Source of the DNA: Octopus bimaculoides
Lineage: Eukaryota
Length of the DNA stretch: 40,098 bases
Direction of reading: 5' to 3'
NCBI RefSeq assembly: GCF_001194135.2
Contig: NC_068988.1
Coordinates: 45,287,550 to 45,327,647, forward strand
Shown here: one piece after another, positions 1-11,339 of the stretch
How positions within the stretch are numbered: position 1 is the stretch's first letter
How the letters are laid out: each line of letters opens with the position of its first letter
The notes under the pieces: generated by a model
Told to the model about the DNA's origin: nothing
Databases searched by the model: none
The model's input: the letters and a program-made list of their open reading frames with translations, nothing else
Translations under genes and position numbers: made by a program

Positions 1-4
1 AAAC

Positions 5-21
5 GATGATGATGATGATGA

Positions 22-63
<42 letters not shown>
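5..63. repeat. Compound microsatellite (GAT)7 followed by (TA)n
   Basis: Directly visible. Confidence 0.95.
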
Positions 64-71
<8 letters not shown>

Positions 72-75
72 ATAT

Positions 76-265
76 ATATATGCATATGTGGGTACAGGAC
101 ATCATCGGCTGTGTAAACAACATGAAATACGAATACAAACAAGTTCAATACACAAACAACGAGACCAAAAAATGGAAAGCAGGACAGGTAAGCACAGAGA
201 ATAACCCTTTATCAGTTACCGGCTGTCTATCTACTCTCCATTTCGAGCATTCAACTACAAATATA
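76..265 (-). mobile_element. Dispersed repeat, Penelope pseudo-LTR-like family member
   Basis: GGGTACAGGACATC at 90-103 is the reverse complement of ATGTCCTGTACCC at 10999-11012, 24916-24928 and 25655-25667. The minus-strand CTGATAAAGGGTTATTCTCTGTG resembles CTGATGAAGTAGAATGTTCTCTATG at 24855. The Penelope assignment is inference; no ORF is present. Confidence 0.35.
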
Positions 266-322
266 AGAGATGGATGATGTCCATGAATGTGTAGTTGTCA
301 CATACATAGACTCACTCATACA

Positions 323-342
323 TACACACACACACAGACATA

Positions 343-415
<73 letters not shown>

Positions 416-465
416 TTGTGCATGTATGTTTGTATATATGCTTATATGTGTGTGTGTGTGTGTAT
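323..465. repeat. Compound (CA)n/(TA)n/(TG)n microsatellite
   Basis: Directly visible; source of the spurious YI/CV ORFs. Confidence 0.95.
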
Positions 466-489
466 GTGTATGAATGAGTCTATGTATGT

Positions 490-1190
490 GGCAACTGCAC
501 ACACATGGCCTTCTCCCATCTCTTATATTAGAAGTTTCCTCTCAGGTGACACTATTGAGGCTTGTACAGATAGTACCTTCTTTGACATACATTTTGTCAA
601 CTACTGTGTGACACAATGTTCAGTTTTGCACACCCCCGCCACCACCGTTTTCCTGTATATTAACGACATGCTGTCATTTCCAACAATACCCAGTTGTAAT
701 GCAAATGATAATGCTTTTTATTCCTTCATCATCTCCTGCACCCATATTGTATCTACTCAGCCCTTAATTGGTGATTTTGAAAACATTGTCCTATGGTAGT
801 CGTTCCAATATTATTTTTTCACCAGAAAATTCATTCCCATCTCTATTTTATGAGGTTGGTCTGGGAAATGGCTGTGCAAATGTTATTCATAGACTTTGAA
901 ACTCTTTTCTTATCTAAACTTCTCCAAAACCCACACTAGACATTGTAGGTGGTTAATATGGGTCCTGAAAGTCGATGATTTTGAATTCTCTCTTTGCACA
1001 TGTCTTTCTGCAGCTGTTGAATTCCAGTGGCATAATTCCAGTATGCCAAATTCCTGTACTCTTTAAAATGGCTGAAAATGAACTTCCTAATCTTAAGGTA
1101 ATGGGAATTTTAACTCTATGTCCATGTAAAAATATTGACAATATATTACCAATTGTCTGGGTGCAAAAGAAAAATGGCTAATTAAGAATA
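490..1190 (+). mobile_element. Decayed LINE reverse-transcriptase fragment (Jockey/CR1 group)
   Basis: ORF 287..799 ends ISYIRSFLSG...VNYCVTQCSVL...VFLYINDML...CNANDNAFY...DFENIVLW, a degenerate match to SFLSGRSI...GVPQGSVL.PTLFLLYINDLL...YADD...DL..I..W. Confidence 0.75.
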
Positions 1191-1199
1191 TGGGATAAT

Positions 1200-2240
1200 T
1201 ACAAAGTACATTTAGATGATATGATTCAAACCTTTTCTTATTTATCTGTCCGCCTCATCATCATCATCACAAATCTACTGATGTGTAAGGAGCAAATATT
1301 CAATTGATTTAAAGATAGCATACCGGCAGATTGCTTAGAATGAGGGTTCTATAAGATTATTTTTAATAAATGCAAGCAGTGGTTTTTTTTTCCTTAGTTA
1401 ATGGGTCACAAGAATAACAGCTCCATTTTCCAACATTTTATGGAGTCTACATTGAAAGGAATTGTATAAATTATCTGTCAGGATAACATTCTCGTCATGG
1501 CAGCAACCCAGAATAAATTGAAGAATCAAGAAAAATTGCTAGATTGAAAGGTGCCAATGTATCGATTAACCCAAATAAATGCATTTATTCTGTATTTTGC
1601 ATAGATTTCTAAGGAATGAATATTTCAAAGGATGGGATCAAACTATCATATATTATAACAGACAAATTCCTACACATTATTATTTTTAAATCAAAAGAAG
1701 AAATTGAAAAATATTTGGGGTTGATAAACCATTATCTCAGATTCATCCATAAATTTGCAGACATATTTCAGTGACTTCTTGCATGCATTAAAAACAGGAC
1801 TTTAAGAACACAGAAGAACTTACACAATACTCTGTCTTGGCAACATTCTCTACTGCATATGAAATGAATTTTTACTGTTAGTACTTCTGGATTTGTAGTA
1901 TCAGAAATAATGTCTCAAAATGAAAAGCCTATAGCATAGCTCGTCATTCAATGAACAGAACTCAAAAACTGAAATAAGAACAGAAAGCGAAAAGTATGGA
2001 GTAGTATGATGTATTGAAAGTTTGGAGAAATTATTAAGGAAATCTTTCACTATTGAGGCTGAATAAAGGCTATTGGAATTCGTTTTTCCAAAGAATATTG
2101 ATGTTTCCAAGCAAACCTCTTATTGGATTGTTAAGTGGGCCGTCATATTATCTGAATAAGACTTCAAAATCATACACATGCCTGATAAAACTATAAGATA
2201 TGTTCATGCGCTTAGAAGACTAAAGTATGGTTCATATCAG
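1200..2240 (+). mobile_element. Decayed Ty3/Gypsy pol (RT plus RNase H)
   Basis: Collinear motifs with stops and frameshifts: SIDLKIAYRQI (1300), MGHKNNSSIFQHFME...CQDNILV (YxDD relic at 1476), INPNKC...ISKDGIK, KYLGLINHYLRF, and KWAVILSE*DFKIIHMPDKTIRYVHALRRL (RNase H end, RWA..L..YDF.I.Y.PG..ADALSRL). Confidence 0.8.
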
Positions 2241-2756
2241 TTTAATTTAGTTTTTTTTTTTTACATTCTAACACAGATAATGACGAATAGATTTTTTGTT
2301 AATGCTCAGCGAGTTGACGTCATAAAAAATATCAATTTATATATGTATCCATTATCTTTGCTTAATGAAATCACCTTTCAGAAAACGATTGGTGTCAATC
2401 AACTCATTGTTGTACAACAAACACTGGAAAAAAGTAAGGGAGTTTTAATGCCTCTCAGTTAAGGAGGTCTTCTCTGAATGCAGTGTAGAATGTCTGTGTA
2501 TATATCTTACTGCACTGTCCCAGATGTCGTGCAATATTCCATCGTTGGCTACACTTGAGATTTATAAAATGTCAACAGTTGTTACTGACTGAAGTACTTT
2601 CTGGCTCCGAAAAGAAGCGTCATTCTTTATTATGTACTTTTAGATATGTCAAGCATCCGCTCTCACCAAGAAGGATTCCCAGTAATAGTGAAGCCTTATA
2701 TTTAAAGTGACTGTGATGGCTCTGGTTGAGTGTTGCTCATATTTAAGGAGTTGCTG

Positions 2757-3234
2757 TATATTTGTAGTACTTGAGTTTTTGCTGTTCATGGAGATAAGAT
2801 CTGCATCGATCCACAGGAACATGCATTCGAGGTCTCTGCTCATGAAGTCAGTACAAATTCCGTGTGATAGTGTCATGGTGTGTGTATAGATGATGCGTGG
2901 TGGAGGCGCAATGGCCCAGTGGTTAGGGCAGCGGACTCGCGGTCATAGGATCGCGGTTTCGATTCCCAAACTACGTTAAGGGTACACGTGTCTGTGGAGT
3001 GCTCAGCCACTTGCACGTTAATTTTACGAGCAGGCTGTTCCGTTGATCGGATCAACTGGAACCCTCTACGTCGTAAGCGACGGAGTACCAACAATATATT
3101 TGTAGTACTTGAGTTTTTGCTGTTCAAGGAGATAGGATCGGCATCGATCCACAGGAACATGCATTCGAGGTCTCTGCTAATAAAGTCAGTACAAATTCCG
3201 TGTGATAGTGTCATAGTGTGTGTGTAGATGATGC
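2757..3234 (+). repeat. 140-bp direct repeats (2757-2896 and 3095-3234) flanking the SINE; probable long TSD
   Basis: Manual alignment gives 7 mismatches in 140 bp with no indels; the repeats abut both SINE ends. Confidence 0.85.
2897..3094 (+). mobile_element. tRNA-derived SINE, internally deleted variant
   Basis: A box TGGCCCAGTGG and B-box-like GGTTTCGATTCC. Head and tail match the full-length copy at 35604-35991 with about 9 mismatches in 193 bp, but about 190 bp of core is missing. Confidence 0.9.
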
Positions 3235-4045
3235 ATAGTTGATGAAGTTTGGAGAAGAATGGAATGTCATATTATCTGCATAAGAGTTGGTGTTGTAAGC
3301 GGTGATGGCAAGTAGGTTATTGACGAATAAAAAGAAGAGTGTGACGGCAAAAGTGAAGCTTGAAGCACACCAGATTTGATTAAAAGTGATTCAAAAAGAG
3401 ATTCCCGAGCACACGCTGCGATGGTGCGATCTGAGAGATAGACGGAGATCGTAGGTTGGAATTATCGGTTCCAGAATCGTATGCTAAACACGGTCGGAAT
3501 CTTTGCTGATGTTCAAAGCAAGAGTATTGCTTTCACCAAATTTCCATATGGCAAAAGAGCCTGTAGCAGATCTGAAACCAAATTGCTGAAATAGCCGAAT
3601 AAAAGTCACAGCTTAGCCATAATCATTTCATATGATCGGCTGATTAACTGACCAATCAGTATCAAGCCATCATGTGATGCAACATTCTAGAATCTTCTAG
3701 AACCCTTCTAACAAGGCTTATGAATAGACGATTTTTTGGCGCTAAATTTCTGAATGTTGGCGACCATCGCTGTGATAACCACCTTTATATTCAGCCGAGC
3801 AGAAATCGCATGCCAACAGTTGTTTTAAAAACTTTTTCAACCGAGTAGTCAGCAGTCACAGATTGGCCGTCATGAATTTAGTATGATATTTCTCCAATTG
3901 TGACAGCGTAGTCATGAGTCTTTACTAACCAGCCATTTTGTCGTAGCTGTAGAGTTTTCCTTTTTCAATGTGCATAAATCGTTGTTTGTATTCTGATTCA
4001 AAGACCAACATGAAAAATTCTTCGGTTGATAAATCTTCTGTATAA

Positions 4046-4206
4046 GCGCAGGCGTAGCAGTGTGGTGAAAAGCTTGCTTCCCAACCACATGGTTCCGGGT
4101 TCAGTCCCACTTCGTGGCACCTTGAGCAAGTATCTTCTACTATAGTTTCGGGTTGACTAAAGCCTTGTGAGTAGATTTGGTAGTCGGAAACTGAAAGAAG
4201 CCCTTC

Positions 4207-4250
<44 letters not shown>

Positions 4251-4453
4251 ATAGATATGTATATATTTGTCCCCCGACCATCGCTTGATAACCGATGGTG
4301 GTGTGTTTACGTCCCCATAAATAAGCGATTCGGCTAAAAGGACCGATAGAATAAGTACAAAGAATAAGTCTTGGGATTGATCTGTTCGACTAAAAGGCGG
4401 TGCTCCAGCATGGCCACAATCAAATGACTGAAACAAATAAGGGGATAAAAGAA
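4046..4453 (+). mobile_element. Full-length tRNA-derived SINE (family A) with internal (TA)n
   Basis: Head GGCGTAGCAGTGTGG...GGTTCAGTCCC (A/B-box-like), central TGGCACCTTGAGCAAG, internal (TA)n at 4208-4240, and tail CCAGCATGGCCACAATCAAATGACTGAAAC shared with copies at 11098, 15780, 28508 and 30975. Confidence 0.85.
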
Positions 4454-4688
4454 TGATTGTTCACGAGTGTTGTTCATCATTTACATGCAGCCAGTAAACC
4501 AACATTACCAGTTTTCGTGACAAGTCCAATGGTGGCTTAATCTAGGTAGTCTTAGTAGCTTAATCTTAATAGAATTTGTCCAGTTAAATGAAAAGTAAGC
4601 TAAAACAATATGCAAAGGCACTCTTTGTACTGATAAATGATTTAAAAATAAAACTTTTGAAAGTCTATATGTAGACAAGAAGTATATT

Positions 4689-5178
4689 TGTAGTGAGAGC
4701 AAGAATGAAACCTAACATATTTTAGATACATACCAAGTCGATGACAGTTGGTCACACGCATATCACACACTTTTCGACCAATCAGTTGGCAGCCATATCC
4801 TGAACGTCATCTCAAGTGCCCTTGAGATTCATTTGCTTTGCTCTAATTATAAATAGTTTCATGCCAATAACAAACGGAAGAGATTTGGGAGAACTCCAGA
4901 GAACAAATTCTTCGCCTCTTGCCTTGAAAGCCAGAACAATCGTTGAGATATGACAGACTCAGCAGAAAACAAACACCTCACTTTTCGCCCAGTAACTCCA
5001 AGTTTTCTTTAGCGGAATCCAGCTAGAGATGAAAAGGAATTCTTCATATTTGCAAACTAGCCCTTCCGGTATTACGAGCCTAATTAGCCATTACATGTTC
5101 CATTCCAACCTCTAAATTCTCTACTGGCAGTTATTAGTAGTTTATATTCAATTGATATCGTGTTCAATAAATCGTACA
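4689..5178 (+). mobile_element. LTR-like relic (tentative)
   Basis: TG start, CCAAT at 4778, TATAAAT at 4848, AATAAA at 5166, ends CGTACA. No matching TSD found. Confidence 0.3.
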
Positions 5179-5819
5179 GTAAAAAATAGCAATGTTTGTG
5201 TCTGTTCATTATGATTTTACATGCAGCTCAGCTTACACCAAATAAGTACCAACATATACCATTGTGAAACATTTATAATGATGAAAATGTATTGGTTATA
5301 GCAAACTCACACTAGATGAAATAAAATATTTTTATGTTTCAGTACGAGCCAAGAAAACAAAGAAATGTCTTGTTTTCATCTCTTCATTTGGCGTTCCAGT
5401 GACAGTGGTATGAGCATTGTACCAAACTTCATTTAACAAAAATAACTGGTTAAAACGCCTTTGGTTGCTAAAATATTTAAGTCCTGCCTACAGTACCAGT
5501 TTAAATCTGATAGCGTTAAAGAAAAACACTATTAAAACCAATTCTGCATTAAAATGTTTTACTCTATCATTTGGAAGATTTCAATATTTCCTAAAAGGCC
5601 CTTTAAATTCATCAAAATATATTTCGTGCATATAAGTTATCACTAGTGAAGGAATTTAGCAGACAATGAGTAGCAGCAAGCGCATTTTACAGGGTTGGAG
5701 AGATAATTCATGCGGAAAGGAACCCAGCTTAGATTCAACCTGTGTTTAAAAAACGAGTTATCTTTTGTTGAACAAATAACTTAAAAAATTTTTCCATGCA
5801 CAATTGTTAATCATATTAA

Positions 5820-6427
5820 TGTTGTCGAGGAATTGCTTGGTCGCTCGTGTTAAGCTGGCTGATAATGATATATTTTAAACGTCCGAGTCACCATGGACGA
5901 CGGAATGTCGTTGGCTGTGTGAATAATAGCTGAAGTGAAGCAACCTCACAAACCTTTAACAATAATATTTATTGACGAATATGATATTTGGTGTCGGGTA
6001 TATACAATGAAAAATATCAATAATTGCCGGCTGGGAGGAGAAGAAAAACCATGCCGTGTCCGTAGAAGCTACTTATAGTGAATGCTCAGAATCGGACAGT
6101 CCGAGAACCCGAAATCGTCTGCGCAAAATCTGAAGCTGTCTGCTCGAATGTCAGAGATCGTCTGCCTAGAGAATTAAGCGCCAATCGGTTTATATGGGCG
6201 ACAAGAAGGTAAATTCTAAAACATCAGAGAAACCATATCACGCTACAGCTTCATACTGATTGGTCAATTATAGATCAATCACGTGAAACTGTGGCGGTTC
6301 ACTCCTGATGCCTGACCGAGCAGTTAGGATTGGAATTACTACACTGTCATGAATGTTCCAGCTTTTTTTTCAATTCTTGTACAAGTACCAGTTGATCATA
6401 CGATCTTCTGTAGTAATGTTACTAACA
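5820..6427 (-). mobile_element. LTR-like relic (tentative)
   Basis: Minus-strand order CCAAT (6259-6263), ATATAAA (6189-6195), AATAAA (5968-5973); TGTT...AACA ends possible; CpG-richer than flanks. No TSD. Confidence 0.25.
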
Positions 6428-7902
6428 CGTCGATATCAACGATTTCTGCAAAAAGCTATTTCTTCTATTCAATCGCCAACATCTCTTAGGCTGCCAGCAC
6501 TACTAAATCATGCTAATCCTCACAGCAATTAAATGAATAGTACGATACTATCACGCAGAAGTTGCAGAATCGCGAAGGCAATTCGAAACCGCGAGCAACA
6601 CTATCTTTTATGGTTGGAGCAAAGTAGATGTCAACATCAGCTCACTGTATTTATCATTTTCATTAATGATTAACCATAATTATCCAAATGTTACTAGCAC
6701 GTGACCGGACTATTTAAAATTCTATATCGAATCTTGTGTCATAATGTCCCGTTTGGATAACATTTATGAACTTACGTAAGACAGTTGTAACAACTGTCTA
6801 AAGCTTGAAATGGTTTGCATACTTACTATAGTGGACTTATATAATTGTTGTGATCACAAGATGTAGACAAGTTAGGTTAAGTTTCCTTTAGGTGATATAA
6901 AGGGGAATTAATTTGCCTAAAATATAATGTATTTTCTAAGATTTAAACAGCAGAGTTTTCATAATTCGTTACAATTCTTTCAGGTACAATAATATATTAA
7001 GCTGTAATATAGCGTATCATAAAATTATTGAGAATGAATACTAAACTAGACAAATTCTGAATTTACGCTCGTGGGATATGAATAACATATAAATTTAAGT
7101 TTCTGCTATTAACCGTGAAGAACATTTCTCGATATATTGTTGTATAAGGGGCAGTCACTTAATGTTCTGATCAACGGAATTAATACAATATTTATATTTT
7201 AAAATGATATTATATTATTATATTTTATTTTAAAATATAATATATTATATGAGGACAAGATACCAAATAAACTAAACTAAGGAGATCGAAAATGAACAGT
7301 AGCTGTTACTCAGATATATTTCTCAGGGGATCTAAATAAATAATTAGAAAAATGAAATGGAACTATTAAAGTGTAATTGCTTCAAATGATGTTCTTGGTA
7401 TAAAGCATATAAGAAAAGGACACATCTATAATAAAGTACGAATAAATAAAATTGTAGAAATTTTGTTTAGAGAGAAACACTTCTCTCAAAACAAAATCAT
7501 TTCTAAACGTTAACATTGTAAATTATCAATCTAAGGGAGCGTATATTACAAAATATTTTATTACCTATTATGTCATGAGAGTGTAACCATACGGTACAAA
7601 GTGTGTACAAAATCGTGTGTACATAGTTTCAGTTTTTCTTTTTGGATTTATTTGATTACAAGAGTTTCATTTATCGTATTATCTGATATACAAGACACAT
7701 TTTTCAAACCATAATTTACAACCAAAAATAATAGGTTGACCTATGCACCGCGACGACACGGAAGGACCAAACAGTTCATTTGAAATGCAACAGGATTTGA
7801 AAAGCTTGTGACGGTGTGCAAAAGATTACATTACATGTTTACGCTATATATTGCATTGACTTGTCTGACTCAAAATTCAATATTAAATGTAGTTTATAAT
7901 AG

Positions 7903-8436
7903 ACTAGCAATGCACCCAGGCGTTGCCCGGGTGTTATGACCTACAGCTACATTGTATCTTCCCAACCACACAGTCATCCTTGCACCTAATGTATGTGTGT
8001 GTTTTCATTTGTTGTCAAATTGAGTATTCTGTCCCACTATGTCTGAAAGCTAGCAGTTCATGAAGCAGAAATCTATAAAATAAATGCCAGATTGAAATAC
8101 GTACTGAGGTCAGTATGATCAATTAAATTCTTGAAGGTGATACCCCATCATGTCGACAGTCGAAAAACTAAATCCTGTAAAATAGTGTTTAATGACTTAA
8201 TGGCTCTAAATTTAAGGTAACGGGTTACTAACCACAAGATAATGTGTTCAAAACTTCGTATTGAACTTTCACTCGATACAATAACAGTATATGTACATCT
8301 CAGTCTGCTTGACTTCCAGCAATTAAAAATTGTAATTTGAAGATGAATGGTTAACAGTAAGAGAGATGTCCAGATTTCTTAAAAAATTATTGTGCAAAAT
8401 ATTCTGAGAAAAAAGCACACACACACACACTCACAC

Positions 8437-8503
<67 letters not shown>

Positions 8504-9066
8504 ACACACACACACACACATACACACAGGTGTGTCTGTGGTAACTTGAGCTACTACAAATAGCAGTCAAATCTCTTAAAACACACTCTTTCATAAAAAG
8601 AAAGACAGATTTACAGTATTTCAAGGAGAACAAACTCCCAAAACAATGCAATGGGTCTGCTATCTAAGAGATAATTCTGGGCTACATAAAATACAGACAA
8701 ACGTACTTCACATTAAAATATTATTTACTAAATAATACAAATAAAGTTGACGGTATATCTTCGAAGTTTCATTCACTGGTAAAACTCCATGTATTTTAAA
8801 CATTTTCTCATTATGCTCTATGTAAGGCATATTGTTCAGGTAGATTTGCCTCCCTTAGCTGTAAACCTCAAAATTGTGCAACCCAACCTTGTTTGTGAGG
8901 TTATTTTTGTTGTAAAAAAGAGTTGTGCAAAAAACACTTTATTTGGTAGCCGAAAGATTACTGAATCTTTTGATACCTCCTACGTCAAAATCGGCAAGTC
9001 AGTTTTCAAATCCATAATGAACATACGCGCACACGTAAACGCAAACTCTGTTTTATATATGAAGAT
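7903..9066 (+). mobile_element. Candidate non-autonomous Helitron/Helentron-like element
   Basis: 5' ACTAGC followed by hairpin CACCCAGG-CGTTG-CCCGGGTG (7913-7933); 3' region CAAAATCGG...CA-rich...TTTTATATATGAAGAT. Pairing of these two ends is inference. Confidence 0.4.
8417..8527. repeat. Compound (CA)n/(CT)n/(CA)n microsatellite
   Basis: Directly visible. Confidence 0.95.
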
Positions 9067-9939
9067 AAAATAATCTAATGATTTAGAGAAAATATTCAGA
9101 ATTTATAGGGGCGTAGTATTACTTATCATTCGTAAGCTGAAAATTAAAATTAGGAAATAACAAAACTCTTTTGATTATCAAGATTCTAGGTACACACGCG
9201 TGCACACACACACACTTACACACACACACACACATACATTTACACAGACATACACGCACATTCATTTATCTAGTACTGGAAAAAAGAACCTTGAAAGCCA
9301 TATTTTTTTTATTTAAATAAATATAATTAAAGGAAATACATATTTTTTCTCTATATTTAATTATCGTTATCTGCAGATTGCTTCAGCATAACGTGTCTCA
9401 CCAATGCAAAGTAGTAGATAATTAATTATATCACAATTAATTTGTTTCAGATTAGATTAGATGCTTTCATTAAAATTGTGTTACATCGTTTTCCAGAAGT
9501 AGGATAGAGTAAACTATAGTTGAAGCGTTTTGTTTAAAATGAAAATAAGAATGATTGATAGTTAATTCTCATAACTACAGAAAATAATAGAGTAACTGCG
9601 GTAAATTCTTCCTTTCAGGCATTATTTAGTTTGGTTTCAAACGCCCAGGCATTCTGCATATGTATGCTAAAAATGAGATTAGGATAACTTCTCACGAAAT
9701 GTTTCCATCGTTTCACGATTTTTATCTGTGCTTTGAACATGTCACTTATAGTAGTCGTACAATGACTGGTTATTTGTCTGAACTTTGTTCTCAAATACTG
9801 GTTGTTTTATTCAACTGGATTAGTGGGAGAAGCGCATGCGATTTTTTTCTCAGGCAGGCAAATATATAATAATTCAAGGAAATATATATTTACTCACTTA
9901 GTAGTCTTGTTAAATGCGCAACAGTTTTTTTGTAATATC

Positions 9940-9942
<3 letters not shown>

Positions 9943-10000
<58 letters not shown>
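9943..10000. repeat. (TA)n followed by (GATA)n
   Basis: Directly visible. Confidence 0.95.
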
Positions 10001-10001
<1 letters not shown>

Positions 10002-10269
10002 TCAGGTGAACGTGGTACTTAAGTTGAGGCACCAGAATTTAGCACGGTATTATCAATACAATTTCAAAGTAAAGATATCCAGAGGTAATGCAGTACGATC
10101 GTTTCATGCAACTCCATTTAATTGAACAATCCAGTCATTACATCAATTTAAAATGCAGAGCAATCCTCAGCTGCACAAAGACATAGAATTTAATTAAATT
10201 AGAACAGGTGGACACATTAGTATAATTATACCGAAAATCTCCAAGAAGTTAAGGAGATAGACAAATAAA

Positions 10270-11085
10270 TGTCAGCGGCGAGAAAAAGGCCTATAATCAC
10301 GTGTGATCAACAGGCATAATGGAAGGGGGGAAAGAAAGAAAGAGAGGATGAGAGAAAGAAACAAAGGGAGTGAGGAGAAGAAAGAAGAAAAAAAAACAGT
10401 AGGGAGTGAAAGAAAGACAAAGAGGGGGGAGGATTAAAGGAAAATATAGAGGCTTATAGAGGGATAGAGAAAAAGAAAGAAAACGGGGTGTGAAGTCGCA
10501 GAAATTGTATATAAATGTAAGAACTTACTGTGGACAAGATTGCGTGGCGTTCGATTATAAATGAATAAAAAATGCACATTAAGTATAGGACATCACCAAC
10601 GAGTGGACAGTAAGTTCTTATATTTATATACAATTTCTGTGACTCTACACTATGTTTTCTTTCTGTCTCTCTATCTCCGTATAATCCTCTATATTTTATT
10701 TTTCTCCCTCTCCCCCTTTGATTTTCTTTCATTCCCTAATATCTTTCGTTCCTTCTCCGATCGCCTCAGCCTCTTTGTTTCTTGCCCTCATCCACTCTCT
10801 TGTCCCACTTCCATTCTGTCGATTGATCACATGTGATTATAGGCCTTTTTCTCGAATCTGACTTTTTTGGATGCGACGTTCAACTAGCTGGACGTCATTT
10901 CCATATTCTTTCAACTCTCGACACGTTTTTCTCTGTTACTATTTTCTTCTCTTTAACTTATTCTATAACCTTTCAAAATTTCTCACCTACTCGTAGGTGA
11001 TGTCCTGTACCCAATGTGTATTTTAAAACTTATTTATAATTGAACGCCACGCAGCCTTGTCCACAGTAAGTTCTTACATTTATAC
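10270..11085. repeat. Composite inverted/tandem repeat, Penelope pseudo-LTR-like
   Basis: 10270-10533 is the diverged reverse complement of 10605-10862, and 10508-10603 is the reverse complement of 10990-11085. Confidence 0.75.
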
Positions 11086-11097
11086 ATACATACATAC

Positions 11098-11232
11098 AAC
11101 TTAGCGGTTCGGCAAAAAGAGACCGATAGAATAAGTACTAGGCTTACAAAGAATAAGTCCTGGGGCGATTTGCTCGACTAAAGGCGGTGCTCCAGCATGG
11201 CCATAGTCAAATGACTGAAACAAGTAAAAGAG
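11098..11232 (+). mobile_element. 5'-truncated SINE family A (3' part)
   Basis: TTAGCGGTTCGGCAAAA...GAATAAGTAC...GGCGGTGCTCCAGCATGGCC...AATGACTGAAAC matches the 3' half of 4046-4453. Confidence 0.85.
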
Positions 11233-11337
<105 letters not shown>

Positions 11338-11339
11338 AG

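Larger units (their letters stand above)
2650..3610 (-). mobile_element. Decayed LINE RT fragment (same group as 490-1190), interrupted by a SINE
   Basis: Minus strand: QQFGFRS...FGESNTLALNISKDSDRV*H, ISVYLSDRTI...SGVLQASLL, TLFFLFVNNLL...NSYADNMTFHSS, DLECMFLW; matches the QYGFR/ALDISKAFDRVWH/GVPQG/YADD motif order. Confidence 0.85.

Noticed and set aside
62-502. ORFs rich in YI, CV, HT, poly-I, poly-M or poly-S, and all ORFs spanning X runs (for example 16863-18027, 25413-26696, 38132-38985)
   Set aside because: They are translations of microsatellites or N-gaps, not genes.
2900-2967. tRNA genes at SINE heads (also 4051, 21977, 35925-35991, 38140-38207)
   Set aside because: Only A/B-box-like heads are present, running into SINE bodies; no complete cloverleaf.
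5343-5407. Possible exon (TTTCAG acceptor, GTATGA donor)
   Set aside because: The open frames give short peptides I do not recognise; such signals occur by chance in AT-rich DNA.
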